Shown: positions 36,522 through 45,443 of the stretch, piece after piece
Layout: each line of letters opens with the position of its first letter
Position numbering within the stretch: position 1 is the stretch's first letter
Source: a virus
Lineage: Duplodnaviria; Caudoviricetes
Virus record (IMG/VR): IMGVR_UViG_3300036790_000194
Location: 1 to 62,329 of that record
Reading direction: 5' to 3' (one strand)
Length of the DNA: 62,329 bases
Position numbers and translations under genes: made by a program
The notes under the pieces: generated by a model
Told to the model about the DNA's origin: nothing
Seen by the model: the letters and a program-made list of their open reading frames with translations, nothing else
Database searches by the model: none

Positions 36522-36549
36522 ACGATAATCCGTTCGTTTTCCGCGTCAA
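36522..36549 (-). promoter_or_regulatory. Candidate sigma70 promoter for the primase-helicase operon
   Basis: TTGACG-16 bp-TATCGT in intergenic DNA. Confidence 0.5.
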
Positions 36550-36581
36550 GCCGCTACGGATGGTGGGTGTGCCGCGCCGAC

Positions 36582-36899
36582 CTACTTGCTGCTTGGTTTT
36601 CCCTCAGCCTCACCCAGCGCCAAACCAAGCGGACCAGCTGGCGATCCGTCGCGCAGACCCGGCAACGCAGCCCGTAGAACCTCAATGGGCACGCCGTATT
36701 GCAAGGCCAGCGATGTGACGACGGCGGCCTCCTTGGCGACGATATTGGCTGTGGTGCCCGTTTTTCCTACGTCGAGGAAGATTTCCAGAAGGCTGCCGGT
36801 CGGGCTGAAACCGTATTGCGCCACGTAGGCCAATCCGTCGTGGTCGAAACTGACCAGCGCGCCGCGGCGGCGGTCGGGCAGGCGTTCGCGGTCTGTCAT
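36582..36899 (-). CDS. Stand-alone TSCPD-like domain (related to the NrdJ C-terminal region)
   Basis: RERLPDRR...G.L.EIFL..GK.G........A...SLALQYGVP. Confidence 0.7.
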   Translation of the reverse strand: MTDRERLPDRRRGALVSFDHDGLAYVAQYGFSPTGSLLEIFLDVGKTGTTANIVAKEAAVVTSLALQYGVPIEVLRAALPGLRDGSPAGPLGLALGEAEGKPSSK

Positions 36900-37186
36900 T
36901 GCGGGGGCGGCCGCCTTGCGCCGCTGACCAAAATCTTGTGCACCAGCCGGCGCAGGCATTGATGCGGCGTCTCGTTCGGCCTGCAAAGCGGGGCGACGCG
37001 ATCCGTTGGAACGCGCAGGGTGACGGCGGCGCCGATGTGTTTGGGTAGTGTCCAATGCCGCCGCTGGGCCGTGGCGCGGACGTAATGGCTCATGCAGCCC
37101 AGCGTATCGGCGATTTCCGTGGCCGTGAAATCCGGGTTCGCGAGCCGCACGCGGTCAACGTCTTTCCAGTTTGTTTTGCCTCTCAT
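36896..37186 (-). CDS. Hypothetical protein, possible HTH
   Basis: TATEIADTLGC..HYVR; overlap-coupled. Confidence 0.6.
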   Translation of the reverse strand: MRGKTNWKDVDRVRLANPDFTATEIADTLGCMSHYVRATAQRRHWTLPKHIGAAVTLRVPTDRVAPLCRPNETPHQCLRRLVHKILVSGARRPPPQ

Positions 37187-37584
37187 GTCGCCCTCGCCAT
37201 GGCTATTTCGCGCGCGACGGCTTCGCTATTGTCGGAATTGGCAGGACCGTTGCGGTCCGTCTGTTTCGGAAATCGCGCCATAATCGCGGCGAGTTTCTCG
37301 CGAGCATCAGGAAACCTATCTTTCCAGCCCACGCGGCTTTCAAATTCCCAGTCGCCAGACTCGGCAATTTCTGTCGCAATTGGAAAGGCCGTTTGAACGA
37401 TGCCCTTAATGCGACAAAGCGCATGGCCGCTGCCGAGGTGCACCAATAACCATTCTGGCGGCTGGCGACCTTTGGGTGACGCTTTCCGAGCCTGATAAAT
37501 GCCAAGCCCGCGATAAACATATCCGGCGACATTCGACGGGTCTGATGCGCGCGCAACAAGAAAGTCACCCGGATCCCAACTCAC
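37183..37584 (-). CDS. Hypothetical protein
   Basis: RBS GGAGG; coupled to the next gene. Confidence 0.6.
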   Translation of the reverse strand: MSWDPGDFLVARASDPSNVAGYVYRGLGIYQARKASPKGRQPPEWLLVHLGSGHALCRIKGIVQTAFPIATEIAESGDWEFESRVGWKDRFPDAREKLAAIMARFPKQTDRNGPANSDNSEAVAREIAMARAT

Positions 37585-37587
37585 GCC

Positions 37588-37959
37588 CTACCCTCCCATC
37601 TGCCTGAACGTGTCGTGATCGGCGCGCTTGCGATCTTGCTTGGGAATGTGAGGCGCAATCGGTTCCTCGCGCAGACGCATCGCTCGACGCTTTTTGTCGA
37701 TCCGCTCGGTCCGCGATGGGCAAAGGCGCATCTTCCTGATCGGGGCCGTGGTCAGCCCGTCACCGCGCGCAGGTGGCCGTGCTCCATACCAAGCTTCCTT
37801 TTCGGCGAAGCTCAATTCCACTTCGGCACACGCCGCGCGGGCCATGTCGATCATCACCTGCCTGCTCATAGTCGTGAAATCGTTGGACGAGGTAAGTCGC
37901 CGGCCGGATGCGATGCGGCGCAAAATCAGATAGGCGTGCGCAGCGTCGGGCGGAATCAT
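37588..37959 (-). CDS. Hypothetical protein sharing its C-terminus with the GapR-like ORF
   Basis: Start at MIPPDAA (ATGA overlap); ends in the 87-bp repeat. Confidence 0.55.
   Translation of the reverse strand: MIPPDAAHAYLILRRIASGRRLTSSNDFTTMSRQVMIDMARAACAEVELSFAEKEAWYGARPPARGDGLTTAPIRKMRLCPSRTERIDKKRRAMRLREEPIAPHIPKQDRKRADHDTFRQMGG
37593..37679. repeat. 87-bp exact direct repeat, copy 1 (copy 2 at 38375-38461)
   Basis: Identity at offset 782. Confidence 0.95.
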
Positions 37960-38195
37960 TTGCGCAACGGAAGGCGAGGTAGTGGCTCCGTAATTTCTAA
38001 ACGGAGAGTACCACATGGAAGCTCTCGTAGCCGCCCACGCTTGACCATCCGGGCGATGGTTCTGATCGCCGCGCTTCGATGAAAGCGTGCGTCGAAACAC
38101 AATTCTTTCATCGTCGGCATTCGCCCACGGACAGACAGGGATTCGATGAGCGCGGCCATAAGCTCATCATCTCGACACTTGCGGCCCTTACTCAT
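37956..38195 (-). CDS. Small winged-HTH (LexA-DBD-like) protein
   Basis: GRMPTMKELC.......AIRTIARMVKRG.L. Confidence 0.55.
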   Translation of the reverse strand: MSKGRKCRDDELMAALIESLSVRGRMPTMKELCFDARFHRSAAIRTIARMVKRGRLRELPCGTLRLEITEPLPRLPLRK

Positions 38196-38360
38196 TTTTC
38201 TGTTCCCGTTCACGCGCCTTGTCCGCCTCATACTCGGCGCGCGTGAGCGTGATCTTCTTGGGGTTGCACCGCTTTGGGAGTCCGCCCACGCCATAGGAGC
38301 TCGCTTTTGTACACGCCTTCCGCAACTGCGCACGAAGGCGAGGTGGAAGCGTAGAGGGCT

Positions 38361-38618
38361 TCACGCGCTCACGTCTCCCATCTGCCTGAACGTGTCGTGA
38401 TCGGCGCGCTTGCGATCTTGCTTGGGAATGTGAGGCGCAATCGGTTCCTCGCGCAGACGCACGACGTGACGCATGATCTTGGTGTCGAATCCGGCACTAG
38501 CGGCCTCCGAATAAACCTCGCGGATATCGGTTACGAGTGCCGACTTTTCGGATTCCAATCTTTCCACGCGCTCGATAAAGCTCTTGAGGTGTTCGCGTGC
38601 AAATCCGCTTTTCGTCAT
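38361..38618 (-). CDS. gapR: GapR / DUF2312-like protein with an atypical C-terminus
   Basis: LKSFIERVERLESEK..L..DIREVYSEA.S.GFDTKIMR.VVRLR. Confidence 0.85.
   Translation of the reverse strand: MTKSGFAREHLKSFIERVERLESEKSALVTDIREVYSEAASAGFDTKIMRHVVRLREEPIAPHIPKQDRKRADHDTFRQMGDVSA
38375..38461. repeat. 87-bp exact direct repeat, copy 2
   Basis: Identical to 37593-37679. Confidence 0.95.
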
Positions 38619-38968
38619 TGGTCACTCCTGTTGGTGTTGTTTAGAATTGATCGCTTGTATACGGGCAGATTGTGTTTGTAGGCGCGCGCGATGCCTTGCT
38701 CCATGCCACGAGATATTCCACGGTCGATGTAGACCGCGCACGCATCGGCGACCGCATACCACGATAGCCCCGCTTCGATTCCAAGCTCGCGTTCGCCGGG
38801 GATGCGGTCGTTCAGAATTCCATCTTGCGTGAATAACAAGTGGCTGGCGATGCAGCTTTCGCCACGATGTAGAGAATCGCTCACGCACTTGCGCGCGTAT
38901 TCGATGTTGGCCCTTACGACCTCATCGTCGATTGATCCGAATGGGCTTTCGATGATGACGCGGATCAT
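38615..38968 (-). CDS. Phage protein, nucleoside-deoxyribosyltransferase-like fold
   Basis: VIIESPF...NIEYAR....DSL.RGE..IASHLL.TQ...ER..GI.AG..W...VY.D.GIS.GM. Confidence 0.7.
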   Translation of the reverse strand: MIRVIIESPFGSIDDEVVRANIEYARKCVSDSLHRGESCIASHLLFTQDGILNDRIPGERELGIEAGLSWYAVADACAVYIDRGISRGMEQGIARAYKHNLPVYKRSILNNTNRSDQ

Positions 38969-39858
38969 TCTGCCGCTGCCGTCAAAAACAGATCGTCCCG
39001 ATCATCCTCGGCAGCCAAATTCTTGCACGCCTGCCGCCAATAGGAATCCTTCAACTCAACGCCCATGAATTTGCGCCGCATTTTCAGCGACTGCGTTCCT
39101 TCGCTGCCCACGCCCATGAACGGCGACAGAACAACGTCGCCCGGATTGCTCCACATAACCAGCGCGCGGTCTATCACATCGAGCTGCAACGGGCACAAAT
39201 GGCGCTCATCGTTGGCGTCCTTAGCGGCCTTGACGTTCAGCACGTTGGACTGATCAACGGTCATCCAGACCGGCGATGCCCATTCCTGCCATTGATCAAG
39301 CGGGAAATCCTCCGGCGTGTGGACAATTGGATCCATGTTCTCGCCGGGCCGCATGAACGTCATCAGATAGTCCGGCATACCGCCGCGCGACTTCGCGCTG
39401 TCTTTGCGCAATTGCTTGTAGAGCAGCCCGACATGTTTCGTCCGCGTCATTTCCACGACCGGGCAACGCCAGATCGTGCGGCGGCCGTGATAAATCCATC
39501 CTGCGTCCTGATGCGTTTTGATAATCTGCCCGCTGAAATCCTTGATGCCGATTGCACCATCTCTCCACTTCGTCATCGGCAAATCGGAACAATGCACGGC
39601 GGTCAAGCGGCCCGGCTTTGTGAGGCGGAATTTCTCGCGAACCATGAACGCATAATGTTCCGCAAATTCATCGTCGTTCGCGCTATTTCCCATGTCCGCT
39701 ATGGAATCGCTGTACACAAACAGGTTTCCGAAAGGAGGGCTATAGATAGAGAAATCAATGCATTCGTCCGGCATCTGGCGCAACACGTCCACGCAATCGC
39801 CGTTGTACGCCGCCCACGCGCGACCATGCGAAGAATTTAAGCAGCGGATTGAATCCAT
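38965..39858 (-). CDS. DNA methyltransferase (N4-C/N6-A, beta class)
   Basis: GDCV, SPPF catalytic motif, H.CPLQ, GDVVLSPFMGVGS SAM-binding motif. Confidence 0.9.
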   Translation of the reverse strand: MDSIRCLNSSHGRAWAAYNGDCVDVLRQMPDECIDFSIYSPPFGNLFVYSDSIADMGNSANDDEFAEHYAFMVREKFRLTKPGRLTAVHCSDLPMTKWRDGAIGIKDFSGQIIKTHQDAGWIYHGRRTIWRCPVVEMTRTKHVGLLYKQLRKDSAKSRGGMPDYLMTFMRPGENMDPIVHTPEDFPLDQWQEWASPVWMTVDQSNVLNVKAAKDANDERHLCPLQLDVIDRALVMWSNPGDVVLSPFMGVGSEGTQSLKMRRKFMGVELKDSYWRQACKNLAAEDDRDDLFLTAAAE

Positions 39859-41216
39859 GTCGGGAGCCTCGCTAGATGTTTCGGATTATATGCAACCTTC
39901 GTGGTTTCTTCGCGGCCCATGGCGCGGCGCATTGCGTCAGCCATCGCGCGTTTCATTTTCGCATGGTTCGCGCTCTTGCGGTCGATTACGCGCCCTATCT
40001 GATCCTCGCCCTCGGCGACGGCCAAGTGAACCTGCACAGGCCGCTTCTGACCGAAGCGCCAGCAGCGACGAACGGCCTGATACCAAGTCTCGTAGGAGAA
40101 TGACCGGCCAACGAAGGCCATATGAGCGCAGTGCTGCATGTTCAGCCCGTGGCCCGCAATCGAAGGCTTGCTGATCAAGATGCGCGTTTGGCCGGTCAGA
40201 AATCGGTTTATGCCATCCTCTTTTTCGTCGGGCGACATTGAGCCGCGAACTTCCACGGCGTCGGTCTTGAGCCGCGCGTTCAGCGCGTCGGCCTCGTAAT
40301 TCGTATCAGCCCATATCATCCACGGATCGGACGAATTGCCAGCCAATTCCGCGATAATGTCCGCCCGCGCGTCGATTGTCTGGCGCTTCACATCGTGGAG
40401 ATTTGTTGCGCTTAATTCCTGGGCGAACAGTCCGTCACCGAACGGTTGCGTAATCCCTTCCTCGCATTTGTGACGGATGACCGAAAGCTCCTGCAGGACG
40501 TATTCGCTCGCGTCGTGCCCGAAGTCTGCCGGGCTTTCTGCCATGCAGGACCACGACGCCATCCAGTCCCAGAACGCATCGACCGCGTGCCCTTTGAGCC
40601 GCCACTCTTGCGAAGCGGTTGACGTGTCGTTGATAAAAAACCGCGATAGCATTTCGTTGGCGTTCATCACGCCAAGAAACTCGGAATGCGTTCCAAGCTC
40701 CATATGATCGTTGGGCGCGGGCGTGGCGGTTGCGGCCAGCCGGAAACGGTGGCGCGAGAATGCGTCTATGAGTGCGCGTGAGGTTTTGCCGCTAAAGTTT
40801 TTCAAGATTGACGACTCGTCTAGGACTATGACGCCGAACGACGACAGGTCGAGTTTTTCGATCCGGTCGTAATTGCAGATGTTGATTCCTGATATTGCGT
40901 CTGACTGTTCGCGAATTACCTTGGCATCATATCCGAACCTGTCACCTTCGCGCGCGATCTGTTGCGCGACGGCAAGGGGCGTCAAAATCAGCGCGCGGCC
41001 ATTACCGGCGTCACTCGCCTGTCGCGCGAACTCCAATTCGCAGAACGTTTTCCCCATGCCGGTATCAAGAAAAAGCCCGGCGCGCCCACGTTTCAGGCAC
41101 ATCATCACCGCATCACGCTGGTGTGGCTTCATTTCGTCTGGCACTTCACGCGGCATGATTCCATCGCCTATAGTGTTGGCGACTTTCTTCGCGAGAAAGT
41201 CTTGATACTCGCTCAC
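39837..41216 (-). CDS. SNF2-like SF2 helicase
   Basis: DTGMGKT, LDESS, ATATP, G.GLN.Q, QA.RR.WRFGQ. Confidence 0.9.
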   Translation of the reverse strand: MSEYQDFLAKKVANTIGDGIMPREVPDEMKPHQRDAVMMCLKRGRAGLFLDTGMGKTFCELEFARQASDAGNGRALILTPLAVAQQIAREGDRFGYDAKVIREQSDAISGINICNYDRIEKLDLSSFGVIVLDESSILKNFSGKTSRALIDAFSRHRFRLAATATPAPNDHMELGTHSEFLGVMNANEMLSRFFINDTSTASQEWRLKGHAVDAFWDWMASWSCMAESPADFGHDASEYVLQELSVIRHKCEEGITQPFGDGLFAQELSATNLHDVKRQTIDARADIIAELAGNSSDPWMIWADTNYEADALNARLKTDAVEVRGSMSPDEKEDGINRFLTGQTRILISKPSIAGHGLNMQHCAHMAFVGRSFSYETWYQAVRRCWRFGQKRPVQVHLAVAEGEDQIGRVIDRKSANHAKMKRAMADAMRRAMGREETTKVAYNPKHLARLPTWIQSAA

Positions 41217-41434
41217 TTCCCGCCACCGTTCTTGCGGCGGTAGGAAACCACGCGCTCTAGGCCTAGAATGCCAAGGATTGCCTCGCCAAAGTCCTTTTCG
41301 TCACGACAAACCCGCGAGACATGCGAAGCCGATATATCGTGAGACTCGGACCATTTCCGCAAGCTATCCGCGCTTTCCACTTGCCGGATCAGCAATTTTC
41401 TTACCGCTTCAGAATTCATGTGTTGCCTGTTCAC
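41213..41434 (-). CDS. Cro-like HTH regulator
   Basis: SLRKW...HDISASHVSRV...ILGLERVV.Y; first gene at the strand switch. Confidence 0.6.
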   Translation of the reverse strand: MNRQHMNSEAVRKLLIRQVESADSLRKWSESHDISASHVSRVCRDEKDFGEAILGILGLERVVSYRRKNGGGK

Positions 41435-41441
41435 AAGACGG

Positions 41442-41484
41442 TTGACACGCCAAAATCCTTAGCCTATGAAAGCGGAGAAGTCAA
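41442..41484. promoter_or_regulatory. Overlapping divergent promoter region
   Basis: + strand TTGACA-17-TATGAA; - strand TTGACT-17-TAAGGA; at the point where gene orientation switches. Confidence 0.45.
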
Positions 41485-41649
41485 ACGGTTCTACGATGAA
41501 AACGACGCCACTCTACACCCCACCTCCAGCGCCAGCTCGCTCCGCGTCACGCTACGTGCGGGCATCGCATTCAGCCTCGCCTTCTATGCGGCGCTATATT
41601 TCGGCATCCGTCCGCTGTTCTGGCTTGTGCAGGTGATTGGGAGGGCGTT

Positions 41650-41952
41650 GTGAGCGAAGCAGGGCAGGCGCAAGTATTGATCGTGAGAAGCCCGAAGCCC
41701 GCACGGTTTCCGGCCTACACGATTGAAAGCGAGGCGGGTGAAGTGTTGGCGAGTGTGCCGATTACGGCCAGCGGAAATTCTCACAAACTGGCCTTAGCTA
41801 TGGCCGCAGCGCCAGAGTTACTGACTGTCTGCCAATGGCTTGAAGCGCATTGCCGTGTTGAAACCGGGACTAAAGGCGCGGCCCATGCCGAGGAAGGTCA
41901 GCGCATCCGCCTCGCGCTTCAGGCCGCTATCGCCAAAGCCACAGGTGAATAG
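41650..41952 (+). CDS. Early hypothetical protein
   Basis: MAAAPELL...AIAKATG motif common in phage early proteins; RBS GGAGG. Confidence 0.7.
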   Translation: MSEAGQAQVLIVRSPKPARFPAYTIESEAGEVLASVPITASGNSHKLALAMAAAPELLTVCQWLEAHCRVETGTKGAAHAEEGQRIRLALQAAIAKATGE

Positions 41953-42188
41953 TGAGCTACAATCCCAAAATCGAAATCAAATACCGCATAGAGTGCCGGA
42001 CTAGCTTAGGTGTTCGCGCATCTGAGTTTGACGACACCGGCGATGCCCACTTGGAATCCGTCGCCTACGATCTGGTCAAAGAATATGTCGCCAGCGAGAT
42101 TTCAATTTACATCGAAAACCTCCCTCGCGTGGTTGCGGAAATACGTGAGGCGCTGAGGCTGCGGAAGGAAGAGGAAGATGACCGATAA
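41952..42188 (+). CDS. Hypothetical protein
   Basis: Overlap-coupled. Confidence 0.55.
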   Translation: MSYNPKIEIKYRIECRTSLGVRASEFDDTGDAHLESVAYDLVKEYVASEISIYIENLPRVVAEIREALRLRKEEEDDR

Positions 42189-42534
42189 AACAGACGAGAA
42201 CCCGCTCAACCCCGTGCGGGATAATATAGGCGACGCCCCCGTCGCGCCCGCTCATGGCATCGCCAGCCTCGCGCTTGCGTTGGCGCTTAAGTACCATGAC
42301 ATCAACACCATCCAAGACGGGACGCTTTATCAACAATATAAGCTGGAAGGTCGCAACATGCGCGATCTTCATCTCGACATGGTGTTTGAAACTGCTATCG
42401 CGATGGAAAGACACCTTTTGGCTTCTTCGCAGAGAATTGCCGCGATTGTCGTTGAGGCATTGGAAATTTCTGTCGATGAGGAAGTGGGGCCTCAGTCTGA
42501 TGGGAAGCTGGAAGATGAGGAAGCGGACCAATGA
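42178..42534 (+). CDS. Hypothetical protein
   Basis: Purine-rich RBS; coupled. Confidence 0.65.
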   Translation: MTDKTDENPLNPVRDNIGDAPVAPAHGIASLALALALKYHDINTIQDGTLYQQYKLEGRNMRDLHLDMVFETAIAMERHLLASSQRIAAIVVEALEISVDEEVGPQSDGKLEDEEADQ

Positions 42535-42749
42535 GAAAACCAATCGGAGTATTCTGCGGCGCGCTAACCTTCATATGGGGGCTGGGCGTGTTCGGGCATT
42601 ATTGGATGGATGATTTGCTCCCCCATAATGGGGGGCTAGAACAAGACCCGTGGTGGGGCTTTCCAGGCTTTATGTCGGGCGCTTTAATTATCGCCTTTAT
42701 ATCTCTTGTTCTCGGTGCCGCTATTGCACTTTCTGGTAACCGCAAATGA
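42531..42749 (+). CDS. Small two-TM membrane protein
   Basis: Two hydrophobic segments; ATGA-coupled on both sides. Confidence 0.6.
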   Translation: MRKPIGVFCGALTFIWGLGVFGHYWMDDLLPHNGGLEQDPWWGFPGFMSGALIIAFISLVLGAAIALSGNRK

Positions 42750-42943
42750 CCGCATCTATAACCTTTGGTCCCCGTCACCCCGCCTATCTCGCGGGCCATG
42801 AACGCTGCAAGAACCCCACTGGTGAAGGCAATCCGTACCCAGTCGGATCGGATGACTACGCGATGTGGCGGCTGGGCTTTACGGACATGCTCACCTTCAT
42901 GCGCGCTACGGGGCGGTCGGAGATTGAGGATGTGGTGGAATGA
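42746..42943 (+). CDS. Small protein with Rmf-like motif
   Basis: AY.AG......NPY.......W..GF. Confidence 0.5.
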   Translation: MTASITFGPRHPAYLAGHERCKNPTGEGNPYPVGSDDYAMWRLGFTDMLTFMRATGRSEIEDVVE

Positions 42944-43088
42944 TGTGCCCTGACGAGCAGCCCACGATGCCATATTCGCGGCCCGTCAAAACCGGGATGT
43001 TTTGCGAGGATTGTCCGCCACCGAATTATCCGACAGATAAAACGCGATGTGAGGAATGCCCGCGTAGATCAACAGATAGGAAATTCCC

Positions 43089-43301
43089 ATGAGCGACGAT
43101 GCGGTGCGCGCGGAGAACGAAGCGTGTGCTGAGATTGCAGATATGCAGCGAACTGCCGCTCAACGCGAGCGCGAGGCGAAAAAGATTCCATTGTATCTAC
43201 AGACCGATGGCTACGAAGAAATCGTTGCCGAAGAACGCGGCGAACGCATTGCGAGCGATACTATCGCCCAAGCCATACGCGCGCGGATGGAGGGGAAGTG
43301 A
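43089..43301 (+). CDS. Hypothetical protein
   Basis: E.EACA.IAD...IA.AIRAR motif. Confidence 0.65.
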   Translation: MSDDAVRAENEACAEIADMQRTAAQREREAKKIPLYLQTDGYEEIVAEERGERIASDTIAQAIRARMEGK

Positions 43302-43692
43302 TGAGCGACTTCGCCTACACATATTTCCCCTACGAAGATGACGATGACGATCTTTGCTGGCACGAGGAATACGACATGGACATTCTGGCTGGGCGCGCCA
43401 GTTGTTATCAATGCGGACACGTTTGGTTTGCATCCGAAGCCGAGTGGCAATCTTACATCAGGGCGTACACGCCATGAACTTCACAGCCACATGCTACAAT
43501 CCCGTCACCAAAAAAACCGCCTCATCATCCGTTGACGATCTGGAAGGCGCACAAACGCGCGCGAGGGTATTGCGCACGATGGAGCCGCTTGCCGACCGTA
43601 CGAAATGCAAGCGGCAGGTGCGCGGCGGGACGAAGGTTTGGGAGCTTCGCAAGGTTGTGGGGCGAGAATTTTGGAAGGAAAGTGGGAGCTAA

Positions 43693-44079
43693 ATGTTGAA
43701 AGAACAGATCGTTGCCGAGATCATGAAGTTGGTACGCCCAGCGATGATCCCGATGGACCATAAGCCGACGATTGACGAAATTGAGAAGATGCTCAATTCG
43801 GACAATCCGAAGCGAATTAGCATCGCGCCCGATGGAAGCGCCGTGATGGAAGCGCCGTCGCATACTGTTGGCGACATTGCTGACGCCGTTCTACGGATCG
43901 TAGGCGATGTTCGGGCGGCAACGCTTCGTGAGGCTATGGGCAAAGTGCAGGCCGATTGCGCCGTCTGCGGTGGAAGCGGCCACGCGCATGACAGTACGCC
44001 AGACGATCCCATGCAGTGCGAATATTGCGGCCGACCGAACAGCGCAATACACGAATTGCTCACTACCACCAACACCTAG
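43693..44079 (+). CDS. Hypothetical protein with CxxCxG...CxxC zinc motif
   Basis: CAVCGGSG...CEYC; RBS GGGAG. Confidence 0.6.
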   Translation: MLKEQIVAEIMKLVRPAMIPMDHKPTIDEIEKMLNSDNPKRISIAPDGSAVMEAPSHTVGDIADAVLRIVGDVRAATLREAMGKVQADCAVCGGSGHAHDSTPDDPMQCEYCGRPNSAIHELLTTTNT

Positions 44080-44088
44080 GAGAAAATC

Positions 44089-44301
44089 ATGAGCGAAGAA
44101 AAGAAAACAGCACCCGGCTATATCGTCACGCTATCCGTCTGGGTGCCTGCCGATCCAAACGACCATGAAGAAATGGTTCGTGCGGCGAAGATTGTTCCGG
44201 CGCTTAAGACGCTGAAGTTCGAGGATATTGAATCCCTCGAAGGCGCAAAGCTGGAAATCATCGAAGCCAAATCGCGGCATGTTTCAAAGCGGGCGGTCTG
44301 A
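44089..44301 (+). CDS. Hypothetical protein
   Basis: RBS AGGAG. Confidence 0.65.
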   Translation: MSEEKKTAPGYIVTLSVWVPADPNDHEEMVRAAKIVPALKTLKFEDIESLEGAKLEIIEAKSRHVSKRAV

Positions 44302-44302
44302 G

Positions 44303-44689
44303 ATGAGCGAAGCTTTCTTGATCGGCGGCGGCAAGATTCATCGCCTCATCGGCCAACGCGGCGAAACGCCAGAATGTACGGGTGCGAAATTCAAGCGTGG
44401 CGATATTGTGAAGGTTCGCCGAAACAAGCGCGTCGGCCACTTCCCGGACGAACTCATCGTATTGGTCGCGATACCGCCTGGATTTTCGCCGGATGATGCA
44501 CTTGCCGATCTTACGGGGTCGCCGCGCCCATTAATGAAGCGGGTCGGCGCGCGCAGCATCACATACATCCTTTGTCGGAAAGGCGATGAAAGACCATACT
44601 TTTGCTCCGAGCGCGATATTCTTCCGAGTGGCAAAGAGTCTGTTGAAATCGGCACCATTTCGCGATCAGTGGATGGCTATAATGGGTAA
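44303..44689 (+). CDS. Hypothetical protein
   Basis: KFKRGDIVKV SH3-like start; in operon. Confidence 0.6.
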   Translation: MSEAFLIGGGKIHRLIGQRGETPECTGAKFKRGDIVKVRRNKRVGHFPDELIVLVAIPPGFSPDDALADLTGSPRPLMKRVGARSITYILCRKGDERPYFCSERDILPSGKESVEIGTISRSVDGYNG

Positions 44690-45206
44690 CACGAATGCCT
44701 TGGCCCACGACCTTGCCGCCACGAGCGAGCAATTCGTCACGTTGCAGCGGATGCTCAAGGCCGAACAGGATTCTATTTTCCGCCGCGCCCTGTTCGCCTC
44801 TGTCGATGTTGCGGAGACGCGGTATGAGGAAGCTAAGGCGAAGTGGGCGATGCGCACATGACCGACATCACCCGCCTGCGCAAAACCTACGAAACCTCCG
44901 TCCAATCCTGCGACGGGGCACATGCGAACTTGCTCGACGAAAGCTCGCCGCACGATCAGCCATCGCGCCTCAATTTCTTCCGGTCGGCATACGGGAACAA
45001 ACTCAAGTGTCACGCTGATTGGCGGAATGCGGTGAAGGAAGCTGAGGTGGCGCGATGAGTCGTCACAAAGTCAATGATGTGCGCTACGATCAGCACAGCA
45101 AATTCACAATCATGGCTATTGCAAATGGTTGGATTATGGCCCGTCGCCCCGACTGTATGCCCTTTGTGGTCAAAGAAGTAGATTGGGCGAATTACTCCGT
45201 GGTCCC

Positions 45207-45443
45207 ATGCGAAAAATACATATCAGAATGACCAAGAACACACTCGGCCTTCGTATCCGCCATTTCCGCGAGCGCAAGAGATTGAGCCTTTCTGAGGCGG
45301 CGCGGCAGATCGGGTGTTCAAAGGGCCACCTTTGGGAACTTGAGGCCGATATTCAGGACAATCCGGGCCTGAAAATACTTGTTGCAATGTGCGGAGTGTT
45401 CGGTATATCGTTACGGACGCTTTTGAGAGGCTTAGTTCCGTGA
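45207..45443 (+). CDS. XRE-family HTH regulator
   Basis: LG.RIR..RE...LSLSEAARQIG.SKGHLWELE....NP. Confidence 0.8.
   Translation: MRKIHIRMTKNTLGLRIRHFRERKRLSLSEAARQIGCSKGHLWELEADIQDNPGLKILVAMCGVFGISLRTLLRGLVP

Noticed and set aside
38965-41216. Helicase plus methyltransferase as a restriction or defence system
   Set aside because: This pair is common in phage replication regions and there is no adjacent restriction subunit.
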